Assembly (NCBI RefSeq): GCF_000485595.1
Contig: NW_014577073.1
Span: 1,006,834-1,049,310 of the forward strand
Source of the DNA: Priapulus caudatus
Taxonomy: Eukaryota
Direction of reading: 5' to 3'
Length of the DNA: 42,477 nucleotides
The position numbers and the translations under genes are program-made. Positions 1-12,282 of the stretch are shown here, piece after piece. The notes under the pieces are model-generated. The model searched no databases. It saw only the letters and a list, made by a program, of their open reading frames with translations, and had not been told where the DNA came from. Positions within the stretch are counted from its first letter, which is position 1. Every line of letters starts with the position of its first letter.

Positions 1-1126
1 CGCCAGCACATCTGAGAATGACGTACGGGATATAGGTATTTGAATTTGCTAATTTTGACCAGAAATCATTCACTTACCAGCCTGCGATTGCAACGCCTGG
101 CGCATCTGGCGTGTTCTCTTTCACGTATGTAATTGGCGTGTGTGTAGCGATATGTTCGAATCGGGCTTCAAAACGTTAAAAATGTGGGAAATGTATGACG
201 CAGATGTCAATACGCTTTATCGAGCTACTATATACTGCGATAATTAAACTACAGCTAATCCGAAAATGCCTTTGCACATTTCAAACGCAACTGTTCGTTC
301 TCATTTCCAATCTTCGCGTGGCGTTGTTGAGGCATAATTGTCTTGTTTTTCTAACAAACAAATTATACAATCGTGCTCAATACTCCTCTATGGGTTTCAT
401 CAGAAAACGCAGATTTGGTTTTCATACGGCATTTAACACAGTGCTGCTCACAGCCTGTTATTTGTACAGGTAAATTATGTCATGCAAAGGTATATGTTAT
501 TATTCAACCTATTCATTCAAGCTCAAATGAAATTACCCACGTAAATTACTAATACATTTATAAATATGCAGCCGTAGGGAAGCAGCGAAATTTTGCTGAC
601 TAGTATTTTATATGAGGTGTTCCTGTTTAATATATTATTGTGTAATTACATTGGAATCGCGTTTTAAATGCGTTCGAGCCGTATTTACCAATCACGTGTG
701 ACGTCATACTGTGCTTCAATAGAATTATACAACAAAACCGTAAAACTTCGTTATTGTTACGGCACGGAGCGCTCGGATAGTGAAACGACTACGAGTTTAG
801 ATGATCGCATGAACGTCAAAATTTTACTGTCGTAAAATAATATTTAACCAACATGTTCCTGGCTTCCCCTTTGATATTAGGTAGGTCTTGGAAATGTTGT
901 CTTGGATTGTGTTACAGCCACTAAATGTACGACTGTCTAGCGCTACAAGGCTATCTCAATGTAGGTATCCGAATTGCCGCTTTCATCATCGTTAAATGTA
1001 CCTTGCTCTCTGTTGCAGCGGCCAACGTCGGCAATGACGACATTTCCGACAACACGTGTTACCTAACCGATTATTTCATATATTCTTGCCATGGAAGGAC
1101 TCACGCTCTTTGGAGCGTGGTGTTAT

Positions 1127-1159
<33 letters not shown>

Positions 1160-1522
1160 AACAATATAACCTTGTTGGTAAGGGCCACCGAATTGCGTTG
1201 CACTATGCTCTCTGTATTATTATGATCTCCCAGTATTCTTTATTATGATAATACGGAGTTTTCGTTCATCGATAATCATTATTCGTACATTTTAATTAAA
1301 TGTCTGATACGTCATATGCATTTCTAGATTTTCGTTACTAGGTCGACATACTGAGCATGACAACCGCTGAAATGATTTCTAAATCATGTAAACGCTGTTC
1401 ATGATTTTATCCGTATTCCAACCGGCCACTTAACCCCCCCCCCCCCCCACGATGATGGGCGAGGAATGCAATTATTATATAGACAGTAATTATTGTGTTC
1501 GTGTTTTCTCTCCGCACCCCTT

Positions 1523-1526
<4 letters not shown>

Positions 1527-1579
<53 letters not shown>

Positions 1580-1660
1580 GTCACTCTCTCTCTCTTTCTC
1601 TTTCCTCCTCCCCCCTCCCTCTCTCTCTCTGTCTCTATCTCTCTCTCTCTGTCACTTTCT
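1527..1660. repeat. (CT)n microsatellite
   Basis: Read directly. Confidence 0.95.
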
Positions 1661-4357
1661 CTTTCTGTGTACGAGTTACTCTCGTATGCTTGCTTCTGAT
1701 GAACGAACCTGTATCCACCGTGCTTCTTTAATAATAAAAAATGTGTTATGAGTATACTGATGTGTGTTGCTGTTATCGTTTACCGGTTCTAATGCATAGT
1801 TCTATGCTATCAGTTTAGCACGTCGGCATCTTTTACATGATCTCATCCACGCGCATCGCTTGATGCCGTTATCTATCAATATCAATTAAGTAAGCTCAAT
1901 TAATATTAATTGCAACGCTGCTTGAACTGCGGCGAGGCATGCGTGCGGTCGGCATACAAAACGCTTACTAGATGACATCGAGAGAAATTTATAGCGTTAA
2001 CAACTCAATTAACAATGGTTTCGTATATGGAGTTCGATGGGTGCATTTACTTGTCAGCGGTATTGTCCGGGGCGAATGCACTAGGTATAATAGGCATGCA
2101 CAGACATTAAAGCATAGACAAAAAAAAGCGTAGACAAATACTGACAGAAGCATTAACAGACCAGGCACACAGACGCTTACACTCACGAACGCACTCACGC
2201 ACGCGCACGCGCACGCAGATACACAACACGAGCGCACAGACGCACGCACATATCCGAACACAGTCACGCGCGCTCTCACATACAAGCACGCATCAGCGCG
2301 CATCCACGCAAGCACGCACGCACATTAAATTCATTTTCACTGGCACTTTGACATTCAAGCCGGCTCTCATTACATACTTGATTAACGTATTCATGATCGC
2401 CTCCACAGCGCACGTACGTAATGAATCTTGCCGTCTACCTACACGACAGGCGCGCTACGACGCGAGTTAAAAAGTCAGTACGCGCTTGTAGATCGTGATT
2501 GAGTTGCGTAGACGGTTTCCCTCGCATGCTTGAATTAATGAAATTGAATTAAATGCGGAATAAGTTGGTAATCAACCGCACACAGCTGCGGATATATTCA
2601 ACGCCGCATTACACCGCGGCGCTCAGTTTAGAGCTGCGCCGAGAAAACATTAAGCATACATCATCATCGTCCACTGCGTCTTGACACATTATCAAGTCAT
2701 CATTTCACCCTCAATTGAGCTCGAGCCGAATTAGTTACAGGTACTTGGTCGCGGACTGCAGCCAAACAGCCAAGAGGGGGCCGCGCGCCAGCACTTTAGC
2801 TGTATCACGCTATCCTATCGGCTCTTCCATTTGGTAACGTTAACCCTTCACCGCTTTCACATTTCAGCAAATCTCGGGGATCTTGCGTGCACGTATTATG
2901 GGGGTATGTCGTTTATCGGTTATCTATAAGCAAGAGCATATAAACGGTTATGGTAAGAATGTATAATGGTTTGTGCTCTTGGTGTAACGCATTGTGCGGG
3001 GCATTTCCTTTGAAGAATCAATGGAACAGGGAAGTGATTGAAAAAAGGACGACTTTAACCGTTTCCCGCCTTGGGAGAGTTTTACTCGTCTCATCGTGGT
3101 TTTCGTAAATACAGCTTAAACAAAATAGATATTAATCATCCTAGGTCAGAGATCGAACGCGATCCGAATGAAACCTTCGATGAATATCACCGATGGCGGC
3201 TATAAACAATGTTATGCATGCGCGCGGTATATAATATCGAAAGAGGGAGTAAATCCAGCGGAGAGATTCAGCTAGCTTGGCGGATTTTCGGCGGCGAATG
3301 TTGACGGCGCACGTAATAAATCACCGCGAATTCAATTGTTCGACAATATGGCCGTCGCGATCAGCCCATTGCTGCCCGATCAGGCTGCAATACGACAATA
3401 TTTAACGCCGGCAATGCTACAAACGATATAAGGAACAGTTAATTTCCGCGCCGCGTGAGCTACCCTCTCGTGTTTCGAGCGACCGCGGGCCGACGCACAA
3501 AGAAAACGAGTCGACGGGAAAAAGAACTCTCGACCGCGAACACAACCGCGCGCACTCACTGGCCGCGCGTCGCTACTCAGGGCGTCGTAATCTGGGAGTA
3601 AGCGCACACACGAGCACGATCGTCCGCGTAATAAACGCTCCTTTATCTTCGACACGACACGACGCCGCTAGCTTTGATGGCATGCGCGAGTAGTGAATTC
3701 CCGACATTTCCCGGCATCTCCCATTTATCGGCCGGTTACCCCGCGGCAGCTCAACATCGGGCAACAGGAGACGCGTTGAACGCGCACACACATTGCAGGT
3801 GCTTTAATCATTGTTTAATCTTGTTAATTAATCTCGCAGCCGTAACGGGGTAATCACAAACCAGCACGCGACGTAACTGGAGCTAAATCTCTACAACACG
3901 ACCGAGCTAGGCATGAAACGTGCAAAATATAGACACGTGAGTTTGAGAAAATTGAGTAATATTCATTGCAAACTTTATAACTCTATGCTAGCATCAAAAG
4001 GCATTCGTACACTATTTAGTAGGGACGCATATACGTGTGTATCAAGAGTAGATAATAACACATGTGTTATTGTCTACTCTTGGTGTGTATGTACGTACGG
4101 GAGCAAGAACGTATATATTGTAATAAAAATGGTTTTTATCAAAAGCAAATAAATCCTAACATAACACGGGTTTACATGCTCATGTGAATGTGCCTCTGAT
4201 ATCAGATATCTCAATACGATAGCGCGAGATGGTACCTCCCCGCACGGGCAACGAACGATACACCTTGTTCCGAGTCACCGCAAAACAGGAAAGACAACAT
4301 AAGGCTGATGACATTAGCCTGTATGGTTGTCGTTGTTGTCATTCATCGTCATCATAG

Positions 4358-4456
4358 TCAGCAGCAGCAGCAGCAGCAGCAGTAGCAGCAACAGCCGTAG
4401 CAGCAGAAACAGCAGAAACAGCAGAAACAGCAGCAGCAGAAGCAGAAGCAGCAGCA
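4358..4456. repeat. (CAG)n trinucleotide repeat with CAGAAACAG variants
   Basis: Read directly; flanked by (CAT)/(CGT) triplets. Confidence 0.9.
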
Positions 4457-4537
4457 TTATCAACATCATCAGCATGATCATCATCGTCGTCATCATTATA
4501 TTAACGGAAGTAAAAGTGATTTATACTACATGGGAAT

Positions 4538-4777
4538 GTAACGGTAATAACACACGGTAAAGTAATGCAATATCACACGGGAAGGTAACGACAATATCAC
4601 ACGGTAAAGTAACGACAATATCACACGGGAAGGTAACGGTAATATCACACGGTAAAGTAACGCAATATCACACGGGAAGGTAACGGTAATATCACACGGT
4701 AAAGTAACACAATATCACACGGAAAGATAACGGTAATATCACACGGTAAAGTAACGCAATATCACACGGGAAGGTAA
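4538..4777. repeat. Minisatellite, ten 23-24-bp units arranged as five A-B dimers (about 47 bp)
   Basis: GTAACGGTAATATCACACGGTAAA alternating with GTAACGCAATATCACACGGGAAG. Confidence 0.9.
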
Positions 4778-4810
<33 letters not shown>

Positions 4811-4846
4811 ACACACACTACACACACACACAACACGACACAACAC

Positions 4847-4935
<89 letters not shown>
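4778..4935. repeat. Compound (TA)n(CA)n(TA)n microsatellite
   Basis: Read directly. Confidence 0.95.
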
Positions 4936-4936
<1 letters not shown>

Positions 4937-7900
4937 ACACGGGCGGATAAAAGTATTATCATATGCGTACGGTCCTATCGCGCTTGTGCGATGATGATGC
5001 CTGTATATACATCGAGTTTATAATACATTTGAATAACACTCTCCGCACGCATGTAGTGAGTCATGCGTTCGAATTCAACTTCCAAGCGTCTCCTTCAGAA
5101 TCACTGTTTAACTGATCATTTGTCACAATAATGAAATCTCTGTGACTTTGTAAAGAGGTTGTCGGCCTCTTACCGCGCGCTCGCATTCACTTGCAAATTT
5201 TCTACAGCTGTCGCAAGCCTACAAGTGGCGTACGTTATTTATCTGGGCGGACTCATCAAGCGAGGGCAAAAGTCTCCGCACCCTACTACGCGTCATCTCC
5301 CTGACACCGCGTCCACGTTGACTCCCGTGTACTCGTTTTTGCCTGCGACCCGAAAAGCAACCAGGGTATCGCTCCCCGACGTGGCCCGACTCAGTCGGCA
5401 ATTTCGCGCAAAGCCACTTCAGACCACAAGCAAATCATATGTTTCGTTTTGTGTTTCAGTTATGTCAGAAAAATGATATTATGTAGCTTTCATTGTCGGC
5501 TGACAAGGCAAATAGGGCCTTGAGCACGCGCAGTGGGACAATGCGGCCGCCGGCCCCCGTGACGGCTTAATGACGGCGTCTGAATGCAACTGACCGTCTG
5601 TTCCTTACAATTGTTCGCTCTCCCGCTCAGGCTCCCTACCTATACTCACTACCACATCTGTTGCACGACTCGCCACCATAGCGCTCGCAGTGCATGTGAT
5701 CGCTCACGGTGACTTTACTGCCGACAGCCTCGTGCAGTACAGGCGCGAGCTGCTTGTGTGTGTGTGTGTGAGTGTGTGTGTGTGTGTGTGTGTTTTTATT
5801 TCGTGCCATGTAGTGATCGTGCATCCGGCCGTGTATGCGCCCGCTCTCCTATATATGCTTGAATATAGCAATGAGCGCTGACCGCTCGCTATTGGGTATA
5901 TTTGGCCAGACATGCACGGATATCTAGAGATTAATTCGATCAAACATCAGCAAAACGAATATCATCAGTTATATATTCGAACGTATAAGAATGAATATTG
6001 TACTTGAATAAGAGACTGGAAGAAAGAGAGAGGGAGAGAGAGAGCGATCAAGAGAGCGGGATAGAGGAATGAGATGGTTGCTACATATAAGATCGATGTA
6101 TTTTATAATATATTCACAACACTTAAATTCCGATTCTGCATCATTTACGTACATTCAATCTACTTTCGCACTTTTTTGCTCCGATTGCATCGATTATCCA
6201 ATCAATAGTTTACTCGATGAATACGTAAATCCTCTTCCCGGATTATTACTGCAAGACGAGGACAAATTAAAGCTGTATACGAAACCCCATTATTGGAGCC
6301 TTTGCGAGATTTTATCAAATATTAACTGTCTTCGATTTTATATCAAGCGCTGATTCGGCTGCATACCACATGAGAGAAATGTATAACCATTTTTAGAAAT
6401 ATTAAGTTAGACATGTGGAAAATAGCTAGGTTACACAATAAGGAAATTTAAATGACAGTCGTCTCGTTTTAGGCTGAATTTACTCTTCTTTAGAAAAGTG
6501 ACACGCCGCCAATCATACGCCTGACATTACATTTAAGCTTAAAAGCATGCAACACAGTAGCAACATGCAAAATAAACCTTTTAATGCAAAAATTTATGTT
6601 TCAAACCATTCAACCATCTTGACGGATGCAAGTTATGTTACCAGTTTTACGCGCATCACGTTCACTACCGGTAAAAATATAGGGAGTGCGTTTTAAATAC
6701 TACATTGATAGTATATGCAGTCTGCTATCAGTGTAAAGGAAATACGACGTTCTACGTTGCATATAGATAAAGGAATGCGCGGTTACGTTATTCATGTTAC
6801 AGATTTTGCACAGTGAATCTTTTTATAGATAGAACATGTGCTTTTGTCGCATCGATTTCACAGAACAAAGCACTGTACCGACACAAAGTGCATCACGTGG
6901 CCAAATGTCGTCATGATAGGCGCAGGTTTTAATTGACAAGGATTAATAATTGAGGAGAACTCGTTAAAAGGCAGGTGTTAATGTTTCCGTTCTCGGCTCG
7001 CAATTTTGGTGTCGTCGCGCGCGCACAAGCGCACGCACGCACACACACACGCCCATACATATCCGCACAACACTCACTCACGCTCAAGAGACATACATGC
7101 ACGGAAACACACACACACACGCATGTATGTATATATGCGCTCGCCTTGCTATATGAATCGCTGAGGTGTGATAATACGTATGCGCCTGCTCGTGTATCCA
7201 CTCTATACACTTACCGCTGCTGCTAGGCACGCGCGCAGGCATGGCTAACAGCTCTGTAGCTTCTTCACCCGCTACTCTTATAGAGCCGAGATAGAGCGTG
7301 GCACCGACTATGCAAAAACATGCCGCCTTTGATGTACTTGGCTATAAGGAGTTCGCCCGCGCCGTTGTGAAGTTGCAGCGACATTAAAAGGTGCTAAGTA
7401 GCACAAAGCGACAACGCGTAAATAATACTGTTGGCATTCGTTTCTGCGGGAAATAATGAATTAAAAGGCTATCCGGCTTTAATCGGAAAAGTTGCATTAG
7501 CCGCCTGTGCGACGCTATGTCCACTCGGATGCCGTTACGTGCGCCGGAGACTTCAAAGGTAATGCCGTACCGCAACTGGCTTCATATACACTCTTCGCAC
7601 TTTCCTATTCAAACCGAGCGAGAAAGCTATGGCATTTTTTCGGTAGAGTGCGTAATCTTAGAGCTCGACAACAAACCTACCCCCTCCCACCGCGCGCTTA
7701 CCCTCCCCCGTAGCGCGGGAAAATGGATTTCAAAGAGTTGTGTCCTGAGGTCAAGCAAGCGGCTCTCCAAAGACAACGATATGTGAAGGAAAGCTCCTTT
7801 ATCGCGGACTCCGCCCTCGCTGAGCCTACACTCGCGTGAGGCGAATGTATGTACTTTAGTATCATCTCTTTAGTGTTCATTATTTTTTCTATAAAAATAG

Positions 7901-7960
7901 ATGCGAACACGGGGTTTGTCGTGAGGCGTTATTACATCGTGTATTACGATAACATGTTTC

Positions 7961-8083
<123 letters not shown>

Positions 8084-8999
8084 GCGAATTTAATCGTGTT
8101 CGATGACTGGCAAATAATCGTCGCCGGTTTCGTGATCGTGTGTTAATTATTGTGCGACGGGTTTGTTTACCTGCATGCACGCATCATGCAGATGCTATCA
8201 GAACACCTTGCTGTAATCAATATCTATTAAGTTTATTTTACTTTTTCTGCCATTCTTTCGATTATATCAATTCTAGTTTTAATCTTTCGCACACAAACCT
8301 GAACATACGCACCCTCGGTCTATTATCTTATTGGGTAGCGACGCTTTTTCTCCGTCGGCTATAAGTAATAACGTTAGCAAGTAAGTGTTGATATAATTTT
8401 CTCCAGTCACGCACTAGTGTAGGATTAAACGACTGCTGCGTACACAAGGGCCGGCATTCAAAGCTACTCTATTAATAATAACACTAAATAATTCTTTGTT
8501 GTATGCTAATTACCCGGCGAAAGATCGAAACAGCCAGCGAACGGGAGGCTGTGGTTTCTAATCACGCGCCTGCGAAACGTGTGCAAACGGCATCTAGCCT
8601 ACGTAAACGTAGCTTGTTGACAGACGTAAAATATTGCGGACGGCAGGCGCGCTCGTTCACCAGTACTCCTCCCGGCGCGCGCACAACGCGCACCACATAC
8701 ATACAGCGCACTCGCCCCTCGCACCAAACCACTTTATTTTAAATTTGGATTACGCGGTGAATTACTAAATATATAATAATTTTAAGAATCGGGAAAATTC
8801 GGAGATTTTTAACGGGACGTGCGTTCGTGGGCAATCGTACGTCACCGTGCTCAACGACGACTGCCATACCAGCTTACATAGTGCGCTAGCGTATACGTCA
8901 CACTTTTTATCATATCATAACATTACTGTTAATCGTATCGTTTCCTTCAAAACGAGCGTTATTATTATTTTCATAAAAGTGCCCTCGGGTTCAAAGCTA

Positions 9000-9140
9000 C
9001 TATAATAGTATTATGATATAGTATATGATTATGAGTATAGTATATATATATACATATATATATATAGTATATATAGTATAGTATTTATATATAGTATAGT
9101 ATTTATATATAGTATATAGTATTATGATATAGTATATAAT
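9000..9140. repeat. AT-rich (TA)/(TATAG) low-complexity repeat
   Basis: Read directly. Confidence 0.85.
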
Positions 9141-9310
9141 GATATCTCATCTACGATTTGTATAGCTTTACCTGTGTATCCCCAGGCTCTGCAACAGGAG
9201 CTCCCGTTAAGGCGCGAAGGACTACATAGGTAGCAGCTACGATTTGTCATAAAAATTTATCGCAATACCGAAATCTTTATTCAAATTTTTATCACTTACG
9301 TGAAGATAAT

Positions 9311-9836
9311 CAAGGTAGGTGATGAGCAAGGTGGATGATGAGCTAGGTAGGTGATGAGCTAGGTAGGTGATGAACAAGATAGGTGATGAGCAAGCTAGGT
9401 GATGAGCAAGGTAGATGATGAGCAAGGTAGTTGATGAGCTAGGTAGGTGATGAGCAAGGTAGGTGATGAGCAAGGTAGGTGATGAGCAAGGTAGGTGATG
9501 AGCAAGGTAGGTGATGAGCAAGGTGGGTGATGAGCAAGGTAGATGATGAGCTAGGTAGGTGATGAGCAAGGCAGGTGATGAGCAAGGTAGGTGATGAGCA
9601 AGGTAGGTGATGAGCTAGGTAAGTGATGAGCAAGGCAGGTGATGAGCAAGGTAGGTGATGAGCAAGGTAGGTGATGAGCAAGGTAGGTGATGAGCAAGGT
9701 AGGTGATGAGCAAGGTAGGTGATGAGCAAGGTGAGTGATGAGCAAGGTAGGTGATGAGCAAGGTAGGTGATGAGCAAGGTAGGTGATGAGCAAGGCAGGT
9801 GATGAGCAAGGTAGGTGATGAGCAAGGTGGGTGATA
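9311..9836. repeat. 16-bp minisatellite (CAAGGTAGGTGATGAG) about 32-33 copies
   Basis: Read directly; explains the HLPCSSPTLLITYLAH periodic ORFs on the minus strand. Confidence 0.95.
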
Positions 9837-12248
9837 TCCTTGGTGATAGGGGGCGTAGTGGCAGGAAACGGAATGGCCGGGAGCATACCGAAGTCCGCGT
9901 TTGCGTTTTGTTGGTGGGAATAAAGCAAGAATAATTACAATTTACTCTGCATTCTGAAGACATATCGGTTAGCGGACATCATCTCCCTGTCATTCCTGGC
10001 CAAATTGATTTACTGTCGCCGCGTCGAACGTTAGAACTCTGCCGCTACCGTTATTCGCGTACGGAGAAAAAAGAGTTGGGTGTATGTTGCTGCGAGAGCT
10101 GGTCTAATACACTATTTACTGGCACTAAATGGCGAACGAGAATTTTGAATGAGTGAAAATTGCCTTTTCGTGTGTAAACATTCAGATGTGATCGCCGATC
10201 GATCGCGAAAGTACATGTCTGTTTAATATAATATAGGAATCGGCTTTTAGCCACCCTAAAAGTGGCGGGACACACATGCCGCCGTGTAGAAATTATTAAT
10301 CTGAAGGAGACGTGCAGTCGTTTTTGGGTGACGTTGTACGATGAAGAATTCATGGGCGTGAAGTATAGCACGATTGCACTTAAACCTGATTGATTTCGCC
10401 ACCGTTTGATAGGCTGCAATTTAGCCGTGCATATGGGCTACTCTTGATGACTTTCATCGTGAGCACTGCTTGGTTTCCACATCACACGCGAGTGTACGGA
10501 CAGATGAATTAACAGATTGACGGACGGACGCATGCACGCACGCACGCATGTATATGCATATGCACACCTCCACGTGTGTATACGTACGTGCGTGCGTGTG
10601 TGCGTGCGTGCGTGCGTGCGTATGCGAATTAATTTAGTAGGTTTTAGCACATTTAGTATTATTGGCATAGCATCAAAGAATCAAGGACGCAAAATTTGTC
10701 TCGATATAACTAAAATACCATAAATTGACGGATATAAATCAACGTTTTCGTCAATCTTCTATACTCAAGATTTGGTTACGAATAAAGATTCATGCCACGT
10801 AAGATACCTGTGTAGCGAATGAAACATGCGTAAAAGTTTCGCTTACGCGCTGTTCTAATCGCGTGATATTTATACGTCTGGGAATCAAAAAACTTTGTGG
10901 CTCGTGTCCGTTACTCGCAAGAGACGTGTAATATGTAATGGGAGTTCGCTTCAACAGGGCTCCGCATCGTCAATCTTTGGCTGGCGCATTAGCTAGTCGC
11001 ACATTTGTCTGCAAACAAGAGATGCCGCTCATTCAACGCCAATGATTGGCCGACCATTTTTTGACTCTATTTGGTATTAAATTCCGGAACTCATAATCGA
11101 GCGGCAATTGTCATTGTAGCGGGTGTTGTGGTGGATTGGGTGATGTCGGAGCCCACGCGTATCTGCTCGCCTTTTGTTGCGCGCATAAAAAGACATGCGA
11201 GCGCGTGTGTGAAAACATTGCTGCTATTTCCCCTCCGAAAATTGGCCGCGAGTTCTCCGCCGTGAGTAAACACAATGAGTGTGCAACGGATATAAATAAT
11301 TAGAAAACTGTTTTCCCCGGAGCGCGCCGCCCGACGTTTGAAAAGATGTTGTCCGCATATCGTGCCTACAATTGTCATGCGAGCGCCTGGCGACGGTTTC
11401 CACACCTGTATCTACCTATACTCGCGCTGACAAGAATTCTCCCGTAGAGTGGAAGCATCGATAAACACACGACACATGTGCACGTTGTGTACAGTGGCTG
11501 GTAGCGAGACGGGGAGCGCTATGATAGCTAGGGTAAAACCGCGCCGATCGTGCGAGGCATTCTATAAGACGTTACCACGGATCATGAAGTGCGGCGTCAA
11601 CGCACATATATAGCTACGGTATAACCCACCGATCTGCAAAATGTGATTACGATTGTGCAAATTTCAATATCCGCGCGTGCGACTTCGATAGGTAAATAAT
11701 CAATTTAGTAGCGCTGTAGATAAAAAAAATTTCACTGGATAACCGTTCACGTGGTGCAAAAACATTATATGGTGTCATCAAAAACATTATATAATTCTAT
11801 CGAATGGTCAACAAAAATATTTATTCACGTAATTAGCTACGAATGTTTCGGCATTTGCCTATCATTAAAGTTATTAACATTTGTGTGCCGACTTAGACGT
11901 GTGTTTTAATGTGGATCATATGCAAAACTTATGAAACAGCTCGTCGTTCCCGCTTTCCTTCCTTCTGTTCAAAATAAAAATAAAAATAAAAATAAAAATA
12001 AAAATAATACTATCATTTATATCCGGCCATAAAAGCGTGTGTACTATGCCGTTATAGTATGTCGTATGTCGTTTTAGTATCAGGGGTTAATACATTATTA
12101 ACCCTTGTTAGTATGTATTTATTCATTCTTAATTTTTATACATACAGATGCATTTCTTGATATTTGCTTTGTATATTATGTAATAATTTTTGTAATGTAT
12201 TCAAACCAATATAACCTGGATGTGTGCGTGTATGCGTCTGTGGGCAGG

Positions 12249-12282
<34 letters not shown>

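Noticed and set aside
445..475. Recursive-splice-like TTTGTACAG|GTAAAT
   Set aside because: Single short motif with no established host intron; expected by chance
3677..3853. Short ORF MACASSEFPTFPGISH... in CpG-rich DNA
   Set aside because: No homology recognised, weak donor, and no downstream exon found
4314..4560. Poly-Ser/Leu/Gln protein ORFs
   Set aside because: (CAG)n microsatellite with no supporting exon context or homology
4538..4777. CRISPR-like regular repeats
   Set aside because: Units are head-to-tail with no unique spacers, there are no cas genes, and the context is eukaryotic
9311..9836. Tandem box C/D snoRNA cluster
   Set aside because: GTGATGA recurs every 16 nt with no D box (CTGA), terminal stem or guide sequence
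9237..9963. Long periodic ORFs (HLPCSSPTLLITYLAH)n
   Set aside because: Translation artefact of a 16-bp minisatellite read in all frames; no gene context
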